The notes below the pieces were generated by a model, which searched no databases, had not been told where the DNA came from, and was given only the letters and a program-made list of their open reading frames with translations. The position numbers and the translations under genes were made by a program. 64,000 nt of DNA. Origin: Dictyostelium discoideum (lineage: Eukaryota). The DNA lies in contig CM000152.2 of assembly GCA_000004695.1 (NCBI GenBank), positions 5,184,001 through 5,248,000 on the forward strand. The letters are read 5' to 3'. Below are positions 42,571 to 56,110 of the stretch, in pieces. Within the stretch, counting starts at the first letter, position 1; every line of letters starts with the position of its first letter.

Positions 42571-43596
42571 AAATATAGATATAGTAAAATTAAGTAAAAA
42601 TAAATAAATTGAAAAAATATTAAGTATAAATAAATAATTTAAATAACCCAATAATAATAAAAATAATAAAAATATTTAAATGATATAAATTTTTTGGGAT
42701 TAAAACATATATTGATATAGGTATATGTAAGAAAATAACCAATAAAAATAATATATAAATAAATTTTTAAATATTATTTTTTTATAAAAAAAAAAAAAAA
42801 AAAATAATTTGGAATTAAAAACACAAACTAACTGATTTTCATTGAGAGATTGGAGAAATTGTAATTGTTTTTTTGAATAAAATTTAAAGTAAGTCAGAAT
42901 AGTATAGTATCTCTTATATAAAAAAAATATATAATATAATATAATTTTAAATTGAATTGAATAAAACGAAATTTTAAAATAATAATATTTTTTTTTTTTT
43001 TAAAATTTAAAAATTACAAAAAATATAATTTAAATCAAATATTTAAGATATACACATATTATTATTTTTATTTTTATTTTCATTATTATTATTATTATTA
43101 TTTCAAAATTTTTTTTATTTATTTTATATGTTTATGAGGATTCTAAATTATTTTAAAATTTCGTTTATCACTAAATTTAAAATTGAAAAGATTTTGATTA
43201 CTTTTATTATTATTATAATTTTAATAAAATCTGTACAAACACTTTTTGCTTGTATGTATAAACACTTTAATTTTTTTTGTATAATTTTTTTAACTTTTCA
43301 ATTTTTGTGGTTTTGTAAATTGCATAATATAAATTACATATTATAAATATTTTTTTTATGATGTATTAAATTTAAATTATTAAAATTATTTTTTTTTAAA
43401 ATAAAAAAAAAAAAAATATATATGTTTAAATCAAAAAAGTTTCAAAATTTAATTTAAAAAATTAGAATATTAAATTTGAGTGTTTATTATTTTATTTTAA
43501 AAATGCTGGATAATCATTTTTTTTTATTAATATATCGTTAATTTATTATTTTCGAATTTATGTGAATGATATAATATAATTTATATATATATATAT

Positions 43597-43892
43597 TTAG
43601 AATTTCTTTTTATATAGAGCGACAATATTTCCATTTTTATCAACAATAATTGGTGCACCTGGCAAAGCAGGATCCCATGTGAATGCAACACAATTTGATG
43701 TTTGAGCTAGACTTGTACTTAAACCATCGTATACTGTTGTGGAAAAATTAATTGATTTTGAATTACCAGTCATTGACATTAATGATTCTATAAAAAAAAT
43801 AAAAATTTTATTATTTGGAAGATTAATATTAAAAAATAAAAAATAAAAATAAAAAAAAGAAATAAAAAAGAACACTTACTTAAAATTGACAT
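43597..43892 (-). CDS. Small protein, hypothetical (~67 aa). CDS = complement(join(43597..43787,43880..43892)).
   Basis: A micro-exon ATGTCAATTTTAA with GTAAGT donor joined to a TTTTTTATAG| acceptor gives MSILKSLMSMTGNSKSINFSTTVYDGLSTSLAQTSNCVAFTWDPALPGAPIIVDKNGNIVALYKKKF*. Confidence 0.35.
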
Positions 43893-45902
43893 TTTTTTTA
43901 ATATTTGTTTTTTTTTTTAATTGAATGTTTTTTTAATTAAATGTAGATGTTCTTTTAATTTAATGATTTATTTATTTTTAAAAAAAAAGAGTTTAAATAT
44001 TTTTTTTTTTTATAATTATTTTTTTTTTTTAAAAAATACAAATTTAATAAATATTAAAAAAAATATTATTTTTGTGTAGATTATGTTTTGGGGAAAAACA
44101 ACCTTCAAAGAAATTTTGTTGATAAGGGTGTATTTATAATGTGATGTGTTTCTAATCTATCATTTTGACTATTTATTACAAATAATTATTGATTTTGTTT
44201 TTTAAAAAAATCTCATGGCATGTGATAATTATACAACCCTATCATAATTATTATTTTCAATTATTTTATTGTTATTATGTTTATTTAGATCCTCAATAAT
44301 TTTTTTTTTTAAAAACAAAAAAAAAAAAAAAAAAAAAAAAAAACCAACCCCAACTCACACACACAAACACTCAAACATTAAAATTGTAAAAATATAAATA
44401 CAAACGAAGTTGATCTTATTGCATATGTCATCTTGTACCACCTCACCCACCATAGAATATTTATTATTGAAAATCATTATTCATTTTAATATTTTTTTTT
44501 TTTTCAGTTAAATTAAATAATATTGTTTTACAAAACTATCACAATTTAACCCAAAACAATAAAAAAAATTACCCACAAATTTCAAAAAAAAATAATATTT
44601 GAGATATATAAAATTAATGATTCTTTTAACAACAACAACAATAACAATACCCCCCATAAATTTTTTTTTTTTTAAAAAAAAAAAAAAACAATTATTGGGA
44701 GCGTTAATAATTAATGATATTCTATTAATTTGCCTTGGTATATCTCAATTTAAAATAACAATAGTAAAAAACAAGTATTCAAAAATAAATATTTAAATAA
44801 ATAAATTAATAAATAAATAAATAAATATATAAATAAATGAAAATCATTTTGAACTACTTTTTAAAAGTTTTTTTTTTTTTTTTTTTTTAAACAGTATTGA
44901 TAAATAATTTCTGAAATTTAACCACATGAAATAAAAAACAATAATACACGTTTTTCTTTACTAATATGATGTTATATTTAAATTTTTATTTTTAATATCC
45001 ACATAGATCCATGACAAAGAGAACTGGTTGTTTTATTATCTATTTTCTGTTTTTTTATTTTTTTTTTTTATTTTTTTTTTACTAAATAACTAAAATGTCC
45101 AAAATGTAAACCATCTATGAGGGTTATAATAACTTTTGCACCTTTCTGAAATTTTATTGAATTTAAAATAATTTGTATTATCATTTTCAATAAAAATTAT
45201 ATTAAGATTTTGATTTAATTCTACATCTCTATTGATTTTCCAATTATTATTTTGTGTTGTGATTATTTCTTTTTGTTTTTTTTAAAATAATGAAAATAAT
45301 AATAATAATAATTATTAAAAAAGAATTAATATTTTATTAATTTATTTTTTTTATTTATTTATTTATTGTTTCTATTAATAGAATTAAAATTTAATAATCC
45401 AATTTTACAATCAATAAAAAGAACAAATTCTTTTAAAATTTAACTTACTTAATATAGACATGTAATTTTTTTTTTTTTTTTTTTTTAATTCTATTAGGTA
45501 AATTATTATTATTATTTTTTTTTTTTGCTATTTATAAATTATTGATTTATTTTAAAAAAAATAAAAATAAAAAAATAAAAAATAATATCAAAATAAAAAA
45601 AAAAAATTTTATAAATTATAAAATCATTTTTTAAAATGTAATAAATATTAATTGATAAATAATAAACATGAAAATATACATACCAATATAAATTAGGCAA
45701 TTTATTTAAGAGCTGTATTTTATGAAAGTATAGTTTTATTTTTTAAAAAAAAAAAATAGAAATAAAATTAAAAATATATAAATAAATATTTAAAAAGTAC
45801 TCTTGTAAATTAGTATATTTTATTCATTGATAAATGATTTGATAATTTTTTTAAAAAAAAAAATATTAATTAAAAATAAAAAATAATAATCTGCGTTTTC
45901 CA

Positions 45903-45944
<42 letters not shown>

Positions 45945-46176
45945 ATACAAATACATTAATTATTATTAATGAATTGAAATAAAAAAATAAAAAAATAAAT
46001 AAATAAAAAAGAATAAAAGAAAGAAATTCTCAAATAAAAAAAAAAACTATAAAATAAAAAATTTCAACCACATTTAATATATTAAAAATAATAAATAAAT
46101 AAATAAATATTTAAATAAATATTAATTAAATAAATTAATTAATTAATAAAATATATAAATAATAATACAAAATAAA

Positions 46177-46887
46177 ATGTCAAACAATAAAGAAAGTTTA
46201 GAAAGAATTATTAAAGGTATTCAAAATAATCAAATCTTAAAAGTATTTGAAGAATTTTATCATGACGAAATTGTTATGTATGAAAATGGAGATTCAAGCA
46301 ATCGTGTTGGTAAAGCTGCAAATCGTAAAGCTGAAGAATCCTTTGTTAATAATGCAACAATCAATGAAGCAAGGGTATTAAAAACCATAGTCGATGGTGA
46401 TAACACTGCCTATGAAATGTACATGGACTTCACATATGGTGGTCATCCGGTCAAGAAGACACAATGGGCTTTCCAACAATGGTCAAATGGTAAAATTATC
46501 AAAGAAGAGTTTGTAGATGTTAAAAAACCACCAACACCTGAACCATCAAAAAATGTTGAATCAAATCTTCAAGCAATTATCAAAGGTATTCAACAAGGTA
46601 AAATCTTGGAAGTCTTTGAAAAGTATTATCATAATGATGTTATCATGTATGAAAAAGGTGATTCAAGCAATCGTGTTGGTAAAGCTGCAAATCGTAAAGC
46701 TGAAGAGTCCTTTGTTAATAATGCAACAATCAATGAAGCAAAACTATTAAAAGTATTAGTCGATGGTGATAACACTGCATATGAAATGTATATGGACTTC
46801 ACATATGGTGGTCATCCGGTCAAGAAGACTCAATGGGCTGTTCAACAATGGTCAAATGATTTGGTTATTAAAGAAGAATTTTATTGA
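46177..46887 (+). CDS. Tandem-duplicated NTF2-like/SnoaL-like fold protein, 236 aa (two ~110-aa repeats)
   Basis: Residues 6-115 and 122-235 are ~85% identical (e.g. GDSSNRVGKAANRKAEESFVNNATINEA and DGDNTAYEMYMDFTYGGHPVKKTQWA in both). A ~90-nt stretch is near-identical at DNA level. The fold assignment is by resemblance only. Confidence 0.65.
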   Translation: MSNNKESLERIIKGIQNNQILKVFEEFYHDEIVMYENGDSSNRVGKAANRKAEESFVNNATINEARVLKTIVDGDNTAYEMYMDFTYGGHPVKKTQWAFQQWSNGKIIKEEFVDVKKPPTPEPSKNVESNLQAIIKGIQQGKILEVFEKYYHNDVIMYEKGDSSNRVGKAANRKAEESFVNNATINEAKLLKVLVDGDNTAYEMYMDFTYGGHPVKKTQWAVQQWSNDLVIKEEFY

Positions 46888-47138
46888 ATTATAAAAATAA
46901 AAATTGTAAATTAAATTATAAAAATAAAAATAAAAATTGTAAATTAAATTAATTTAATGGCTAAAAATAACTTTTTTTATTTTATTTTATTTTAATTTTT
47001 TTTTTTTTTTTTTTTTTCAATCAAAAAAACAATAAATAAAAAAAAAAAAAACTATTTTTTAAAACCATTACATTTTGTTAAAACCATCATTGAAATTAAT
47101 TAAAATATAATTTTGACACAGGAAAAGAAAAAAAAAAA

Positions 47139-48227
47139 ATGAAATGTTTTATAAAGGATATAATTAGAAATAAATATTTATTTAAAAGGATTCTATTTGA
47201 AGTTAGAATGTTAGTTTATAAAGAGATAAATAGTGTTGGGTGGTACATTTCACGTAACAAAGAAGATATACTAATTGAAAAGGTATATAGAAACCATTAT
47301 CTATCATTTAATAATGAGCAATTGTTAAGATTATTTAAAACAGTTAAAAGCTCTTTCTTTGATAATGATGATGGTGACGAACTATCAAACAATGACCATA
47401 TACTTGAAATCAATTCCTTCTATAAAATCTTTTTTAAAAATTATAAAATTATTGACCTTGATAAAAATGATAAAACAAATAATAATGATTCAATTAAAAG
47501 TAATATTGTTGGAAATAATATACCAAATTTATTAAATTTAAACAGTACAAAATTTTCAAGATCAAATCAATCACCTGTATTACAAAAAACCATAAAGGAA
47601 ATCATAGATTTAGCATTACAATCTAATAATATAAACATTATTCAAATATCAATTAATAATAACAACAGTAGTATAATTACATGGGAAACACTTTTAAGTG
47701 CTGTATCTTATGGCTCATTTAAAGCATTTAGATACCTTTATGAAAACTTTTTTAAACAGCAACAACAACAACCTATATCAAGTACACATCAAGATAAAAT
47801 GTGGAAAAATTTAGGTGATATTAGTATCAAGAAGAGGTGTAAATTTATTAGATACTTTATAACTGAAATAAACCTATTTCCAACAACTAATAAAATGGTA
47901 ACATATACAACAAATGCTACCAAAACAACAACAGTAACAACGCTAACAACAATTAAAAAAATATTTGATGTTCCTCTATTTAATCAAGGATTTAAACTAT
48001 CAAATTTAATTGATTTTTGCACTTCAATTGTATTATTAATCAACATTGAAAAGATAGATACAACTGATAATGAAGATTCATTATTATTATCTTTAAATGA
48101 TATTCAAGAAATTGAGTCCAATAAAACAAAAACACAATTAAATTCATTAATTGATAATATCTCAAATGATGATAAATCAATTCAGATACTATCTAAATTT
48201 TTTATTTCAATAAACAATAATAATAAT

Positions 48228-48317
<90 letters not shown>

Positions 48318-50051
48318 TTTAATAAAATAATTTATTGGTTAAAATATAATTCAAATGATTTAGAATATCTTGAATCATTTGATATTAATGTACATACAAC
48401 TCATCAACTAGCATTTAAATTCGGTAATTTTGAATTATTTAAAAAATGGTTACTTTATTGTTTTGATAATGATTTAAACTCAATTTTAATGAATTATCTT
48501 CAATCTGTTTATCAATTTAACCCAACACCAAAACAAAAGCAACAGCAACACCAACAACCACAACCACCTCCTTTATTTGAATATTGTAAAAATGATGAAA
48601 AATCTCAAATTAAATTTATTAATGATTATATTAGTTTATTTTTATCATTAAATAATAATAGAATGGATAATGAATATAAAGAATATTTAAAATCTATGGG
48701 TATATTGTATCTATTATTTGGTTTAATAAAATTCAATAATTTAAAACTTTTAAAAATAATGTTTCAACATATACATAATCAAGATTTTATTTATAAATTT
48801 GAAAAATCTCAAAAAATTATCTTTCAAAATTTAATTGAGCATATAAAATCAATTGAAATTTTAGATTTTATAAATTCAAATTATTCAAAATATCTAAATG
48901 AAGATGGTTGTGAAAAAACTTTTGAAATTAAATGTTTAGATCCATTGAATATTAATATATTGGAACATTTAGAATCAATATTACCAAATGGATTTGAAAT
49001 TAAAATTAAAGAATTAAATTCATCATTACTTTTTCACATATTAAACAACTCAAATAATACAACAAAAGTAAAAATTGAAGAATTTGAATCAATATCCTTC
49101 TCTGTAAGATCAAATAATGAATTACAAACTATAATTAAAATATTATCATTGGATAAATATCATTTTAAATATCATTTATATAGACCATTTAAACATCCAA
49201 AAGATTTGAAAAATGAAAATGAAAATGAAAATGATTATTATTTCAATCATTTTAGAGACTATTCACCATTTAGAATCTCATTATTTAAATGGATTTTTAA
49301 TAATAGAAAAGAACATTTACATAGTAGCAATGGTAGATTAGAAATTGAAAAGAGTGACCTTAATGAATTACTTTATTTAATTGGTGAATTTAATGATCTA
49401 ATAACAATAGAAAAACAAGATGATAGTTCATTACGTTATGTCTATCAGAGAATTGGTGAAAAAGGTGATTTTAAAACATTAAAGTTATTATTACAATCTT
49501 TTAAAATTTCAAATGAAAATTTAAATAGATTATTGTATAGTTCCGCTGAATTTGGTAGATTAGAAATATTTCAATATTTAAAGAAATCATATCCAAATAT
49601 TTTTCAATCTTTCTTTGATGATGGTGGTTGTAGTAGTATTAGTAGTAGTAGTAGTATTGGTAGTGCTATCAATATGTATGGTGTTAATTTTGGTGTCAGT
49701 GGTGCTGGTGGTATTGATCAAACAATTGTTGAAGATAATAATAATAGAATAAAATCAACAAATTTGAATGAAATCGAATCATATAGTAAATATTATTTTT
49801 ATGATTTAAATAAAAGATGTGATTTTAGTCAAACTGATACAATCCTTGTCACCAATCAATCCTTTAAATCCTTTTCCCCATTGAAAATCCAAGAATTATT
49901 AAAAGATCAAGAATCAAAGTTTAACTTTTTAACTCAAAGAACTGGTTTCACTTCGACCTGGGATGGTAGAAATAGAAGTACTCCAAATTCAATTCAAAAA
50001 TGTTGTATGAAAAATAATCATAAAAATTTATTTCAATTTTTAAAACAATAA
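47139..50051 (+). CDS. Large hypothetical protein, 970 aa, with an internal poly-Asn tract
   Basis: Single long ORF. (AAT)n at 48227-48317 encodes N(30). No recognisable domain. Confidence 0.6.
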
Positions 50052-50115
50052 AAATAATTAAAACCATGTGTACTGTGCACATTAAATTGAAAACTATCAA
50101 TTGTTTTTATTTTTA

Positions 50116-50439
50116 TTATCTTTTTTTTTTTCTATATTGTTTATTAATATGATTTTTAAAAATAATGATTTCTTCTTGAACGATGTGGTTATAGGAGGTA
50201 GAGACTTGACTGTGCTGATCAATTGAAATGTAGTAATGACCTTTGGTTGAGAATTTACCATGGTGGTGGTGCTCTAATGATAAATAAGATTCACAGAGTT
50301 TATTGAACCATGGAAGCAAAGCCATGGTGGTTCGTTCATATTCCATATTTATGATTGGATCTTTCATTTTTCGTTGCATTTGTATTTTTCTTTCTTTTTT
50401 TTGTTGTTGAAGTGGTGCTACTTGTTGATGATTGTTCAT
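50116..50439 (-). CDS. Hypothetical small protein, 107 aa, convergent with the 970-aa gene
   Basis: ORF in a GC-richer island. Stop codons of the two genes are 65 bp apart. No homology recognised. Confidence 0.3.
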   Translation of the reverse strand: MNNHQQVAPLQQQKKERKIQMQRKMKDPIINMEYERTTMALLPWFNKLCESYLSLEHHHHGKFSTKGHYYISIDQHSQVSTSYNHIVQEEIIIFKNHINKQYRKKKR

Positions 50440-50910
50440 TATTATTAATGATCGCCAATAAACGATTCAATAGAGTTTTTACCTCTTTGATTGGTTTAAC
50501 TAGTTTCTGAGAGAAAAATCCATCGAATAATCAGTTTCAATTGCAAAAATTCTCTTGAATTGGATGCTCGATTAATCTTTTATTTGTTGATCTTTGTCCA
50601 TTTCATTTCTTCAAATCAATCTTTTATGCTAATTAATTAATAATTTATATATATTTTTTATTGTGTTTTATTTAATAAATTTTTTTATTTTTTTTATTTG
50701 TAAGATAACAGTGGGGGTAAAATTTGAATTGGAAAAAAATAAAAAAATAAATAAAAAATTAAATTATTTCAATTGAAAAAAATAAAAAAATAAATAAAAA
50801 GAAAGATTTTTTTATTTTTATTTTTTTTCATTTTTTTTTTTTTTTTTTTTTATTTTATTTTTTAATTTTTTTTTTTTTATTTTCAAAACAACAACCTTGT
50901 ACCACCAAAA

Positions 50911-51112
50911 ATGATAAAAACTATTTTAAAAAACTCTTACATCCAAAAAGAAATTACTACACACTCAGCAACAGTTATTTTCAGTCATGGCTTAGGTGAT
51001 AGTGGTGCTGGTTGGATTGAAGTAATGGAAGAGATTCAAAGTAGAAACAATGGTCACATTAGATTCATTTGTCCAAATGCGTAGGTCTTTATTTTTACTA
51101 TCTAAAAACCAC

Positions 51113-51201
<89 letters not shown>

Positions 51202-51930
51202 TAATAATAATGAAAGCAACAACAATAGCTTTACAATGACTTCAATATTCTAATAGTTTTTTTAAAAAATAATTAAAGACCAATTCAAGCAGTTACACTT
51301 AATGGTGGATTTAAAATGCCATCATGGTATGATATTAAATCATTATCATCAAGAGGTGATGAAGATCCAGCTCAAGTTGATGAATCAAAGAATATAATTG
51401 AAACTATTATCAAACATGAAATGGAAGAAGAGAAAATTCCAGCTGAAAGAATTATAATTGGTGGTGTATGTGTTTTTAATATTAATATACAGATAGATAG
51501 ATAGATAGATAGATAGAAATATATATAATATATAATATATAATTTCAAAATAATTTAGGTTTATAAAAATTAATACAATATAATATATACAATATACAAT
51601 ATACAGTTTTCACAAGGTGCAGCATTATCATTATATACATTTTATTCACAAACTGAAACCAAATTAGGTGGTTGTATTGCATTATCAGGTTATTTACCAT
51701 TGGCAACTAAATTTGTAGCAAATTCATTAAATAAAGAACAACCATTACTCATGATCCACGGTGATTGTGATCAAGTAGTTCGTCATCAATGGGGTAAATT
51801 ATCATTCGACCATTTAAAAAGTCAAGGTATTAATGGTGAATTTATAACATTAAAAGGTTTAGGTCATCATTCAAGTCCAGAGGAAATTGATTTAATGACA
51901 AAGTTTATTTCTAAAACATTACCAAAATAA
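50911..51930 (+). CDS. Acyl-protein thioesterase / lysophospholipase (APT1/LYPLA1-like alpha/beta hydrolase), ~226 aa. CDS = join(50911..51080,51279..51465,51607..51930).
   Basis: HSATVIFSHGLGDSGAGW...IRFICPNA|PIQAVTLNGGFKMPSWYDIKSL...ERIIIGG|FSQGAALSLYTFYSQ...LLMIHGDCDQVV...LKGLGHHSSPEE matches APT1 blocks (VIFLHGLGDTGHGW, YICPHAPV...MPSWFDI, GGFSQGGALSLY, HGDCDPLV). Intron 1 has (AAT)~28, intron 2 has (GATA)n. Confidence 0.85.
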
Positions 51931-52310
51931 AAATAAAAATAAAAATAAAAATAAAAATAATAAAAATAAAAAAATAAAAATAAAAATAAAACATTACCAA
52001 AATAAAAAAAAAAAAAAAAAAAATAGACAGACGAGTCAATAACAGTCATTACCCAGTCAAAATCTATTTTTAAATCGTTCACCATAATTTCCCACTTTTT
52101 TTTTTTTCTTTTAATTTTAATTTTTTAATTTTGTAAAAAAAAAATAGATTTTTTTATTTTTTTTTTTTTTTTCTTAATTTTATAAATTTATTTTTTTTTT
52201 TTTTTTTTTTTTATAATTCAAATTAAGTCAACTCAATTTAATTTTAATTTCATATTTTATAATTATTAATTATTTTTTTTTAAAAAAAAAAAAAAAGAAA
52301 ACAAAATAGA

Positions 52311-52972
52311 ATGTCAGTAGATCAAGAATTAATTGAAACTCAAAAGAATTGGATCCCATTAGAAGCAAATCCAGAAGTATTAACAACATTTATGCAAAGT
52401 TTAGGAGTTTCTAAAGATTGGGAATTCTGTGATATATATGGTATTGATGAAGGTTTACTTGAAATGGTACCATCACCATGTGTAGCTGTAATTTTATTAT
52501 TCCCAATCACCAATGAAGTATGTATTTTTATTTTTATTTTTATTTTTATTTTTATTTTAATTTTAATTTTAATTTTCAAATTCATTCATTCTCAAATAAT
52601 TAATAATTTTATACTAAATTTAGTATGAAGATAAAAGATATAAATTAGAGAAAGAGATTGAAGAGAAAGGTCAAGTTTTATCAGATAAAGTTTATTTTAT
52701 GAAACAATATATTGGAAATGCATGTGGTACAATTGGTGTGATTCATTCAGTATTAAACAATGCAAATGTTATTGAATTTAATGAAAATGGTTTCTTTAAA
52801 CAATTTTTAGATAAAACCACATCACTTTCAACTGAAGAGAGAGCAATCTCACTTTTGAAAAATAGTGAAATCGAAAAATCTCATGAAATCTCTGCACTTC
52901 AAGGTCAAAGTAATGTACCACAAGAAGATGAACCTGTAGTTTTACATTTTGTTTCATTTGTTCATGTATGTA

Positions 52973-53033
<61 letters not shown>

Positions 53034-53319
53034 GTTAATAATTAATAAATTAATAAATTTTTACTAATAATTAATTTAATAATTAATTATTTAATAATAG
53101 GTTGATGGACATTTATATGAATTAGATGGTAGAAAACCATTTGCAATTAATCATGGTGAATCAAGTGCTGAAACATTATTAAAAGATACAGCTAATGTTT
53201 TACAAAAGATGATTGATGAAGATCCAAAAGAAATTAGATTTAATTTAATGGGTTTGGTTAAAAAACCAAATGAAGAAAGTGAGGAAGAAGAAGAAAAAGA
53301 AAAAGAAGAAACAAAATAA
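52311..53319 (+). CDS. Ubiquitin C-terminal hydrolase (UCH-L3-type, peptidase C12), ~255 aa. CDS = join(52311..52517,52624..52965,53101..53319).
   Basis: [20 protein letters not shown]...[18 protein letters not shown]|[11 protein letters not shown]...[21 protein letters not shown]...LHFVSFVH|[19 protein letters not shown] matches UCHL3 ([57 protein letters not shown]). Donors GTATGT (x2). Intron 2 contains (AAT)~20. Confidence 0.9.
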
Positions 53320-53461
53320 ATAAATAATAATTATTTCTTTTTTTTTTTTTTTTTTTTATAATTAATATTTTTTCTTTTTTTTTTTTTTTTTTATAATTAT
53401 TATTATTAACTTAATATTTAATTATTTTTTTTTATTAAAATATCATTTAAAGATAAGAAGG

Positions 53462-53510
<49 letters not shown>

Positions 53511-53564
53511 AAGGCTAACCTTCCTTTTTTTTTTTTATTTTATTTTATTTTATTTTAATTTAAT

Positions 53565-54371
53565 TTAATTTTTAAAAGAATCATCTAATTTTTCAACAAT
53601 TCTATAATAAGATTTCCATTCTTTTTTACCATTTCCTTGTTTGGTGAAAGAAGCAGCTGTACGAGTTGAAAAATCTCTAATTTGTTTATCTGGAATATCT
53701 AATTTTGAAATATCACCACCAACCATTGATAACATTTTAACTTGGATTTCACAAGTTTTAACGAGTTGATAGAGGAAAAAGAAAGCTTCTTCGATGGAAT
53801 TACCACATGAAACGATACCGTGATTACGGAGAATTAAATTCTTATTTACAGGTCCCAACGATTTAACGATACGTTCTTGTTCTTGAGCATTGATTGAAAT
53901 ACCTTCATAGTTGTGATAAGAGATATCACCAATAATAAAAGAGTTTTGACTGATTGGTAATAAACCTTCCTTATAGCATGCTACTGCAACAGTATCTTCT
54001 TGATGTACATGCATTGTTGCGAGAATGTCAGGACGAGCTTTATGAATTGCACCATGAATTACATAACCAGTTTTGTTGATACCCAAATCGGTACTACCGG
54101 CATCGATGATCTTTCCATCCATATCGATTGTTACCAAACTTGTTGCTGTAACCTCATCAAATCTCATTCCAAATGCATTCAATAACATATGATCCGTACC
54201 TGGTACTCTTGCTGTTAAATGATTATAAATCAATTCATCCCATCCTAAATGTGCGACCATTCTATAAGTTGCTGCCAATTTGACACGAACTAAATATTCT
54301 TCATCTGAATATTTAGTTTTATTAACTAATGAAAGGTCATCACTACTTGTAAATTTATTATTTGAAATCAT
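53565..54371 (-). CDS. Class II aldolase/adducin N-terminal domain protein, 268 aa
   Basis: Single ORF. YRMVAHLGWDELIYNHLTARVP...GYVIHGAIHKARPD..ATMHVHQ... carries the His-rich metal-site pattern of the aldolase II/adducin head fold. Confidence 0.75.
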   Translation of the reverse strand: MISNNKFTSSDDLSLVNKTKYSDEEYLVRVKLAATYRMVAHLGWDELIYNHLTARVPGTDHMLLNAFGMRFDEVTATSLVTIDMDGKIIDAGSTDLGINKTGYVIHGAIHKARPDILATMHVHQEDTVAVACYKEGLLPISQNSFIIGDISYHNYEGISINAQEQERIVKSLGPVNKNLILRNHGIVSCGNSIEEAFFFLYQLVKTCEIQVKMLSMVGGDISKLDIPDKQIRDFSTRTAASFTKQGNGKKEWKSYYRIVEKLDDSFKN

Positions 54372-54885
54372 TTTTATATTAAATTTTATTTTTTTTATTT
54401 ATTTTATTTGTTTTGATTTTATAATGATTAAGATTTAAAAAAAATAAAATTGAATATTAAATTAAAAAAAAAAAAAAAACAATGTTTTGTTATTTTTTTC
54501 ATTTTTTTTTTTTTTTTTTAAGTAGTTTTATACTGACAAAAATTTAATTTTAAAAAAATAAAAAAAATAAAAAAAAATAAAAAAAATAAAAAAAAAATAA
54601 AAAAAATAAAAAAAAATAAAAAAAAATAAAAAAAATATAAAAAAATAATTTGTATTTTAAAATAAAAAAAATAATTAACTCCCTGTCCCATCATTTTTTA
54701 TGTTTTTTAATAATCAAAAAATTAAAATAATATTCAATAATATCTATATTTTTTAAAAGGAAAAAAAAAAAAAAAATTTAATATTATATTTATTTTTTTT
54801 TTTCCAAACCAATCAAAAAAGTTTAGTATACTCAAAGGGGGTAAACTATAGGAATGTATCGTTTTTTTTTTTTTTTTTTTAAAAA

Positions 54886-54989
<104 letters not shown>

Positions 54990-54994
54990 GATTT

Positions 54995-55031
<37 letters not shown>

Positions 55032-55268
55032 AAAACAAATCTGAATATTCTCTCTCTCCCCCCAACCTAACCCAATCTCTTCTTATTTTTTTTTTACACC
55101 TAAATTAATCTTATTATTTGAGATAATTACTAATATATATTTTTTTTTATTTATTTTTTAATTTTTTTTTTCTAAACACTTTAAAAAATATGATTTTTTT
55201 TTTCTAAACACTTTAAAAAATATGATTTTTTTTTTTTTTATTATTATTAATTTTTAAAAATAAAATAA

Positions 55269-55383
<115 letters not shown>

Positions 55384-55384
55384 T

Positions 55385-56075
55385 TTATTTATTAGACATA
55401 ATAGATTCAATCTCAGATATTTCTTTTGGAGCTAAATGAGTTAAAACTAATGGTGAATTATTAAGATTAGGTATTACTACATCATCTTCTACACGAATTG
55501 AAATACCACGATATTTTTCAGGAACATTTGAGTCATATTTTGAAATATAGATACCAGGTTCAATTGTTATGATCATACCAGGTTCTAAGGTTACACCATA
55601 ATCGAAATCTAAAGTATCATGAGTATCCATACCCAAGTAATGACCAATTGAATGTGGATAATAAAGTCTATAATCGTTTGGATTACTTTCATTGATAATA
55701 CCTAACCGTTTAAGATGGGCTTGAATTAACTCTACAGATTTCAAATGAATTGAATTTATAGTTTCACCAGGTTTACATAACTCAATACATTTCTTATTTA
55801 CATCCAATACCGCTTGATAAACCTCACTTTGTGCTTCTGTAAATTTACCACTAACCGGAAATGTACGAGTGATATCACTAGTGTAGCCCCAATATTCGCA
55901 GCCTGCATCCATCAATAATAAATCACAATAATTTAAAAGCTGATTATTTTGAATATAATGTAATGTATGACCATTGTCACCACCTGCGACAACTGGTGGA
56001 TATGACATACGTTGTGCACCCTTATCCTTAACACACCATTCAAAATATGCAGATACTTGATACTCATTCAATGGC

Positions 56076-56110
<35 letters not shown>

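Noticed and set aside
52340-52585. 81-aa (KI)n ORF on the minus strand
   Set aside because: Antisense of the (ATTTTT)n/(TTTTAA)n repeats in UCH intron 1 and of UCH exon 1.
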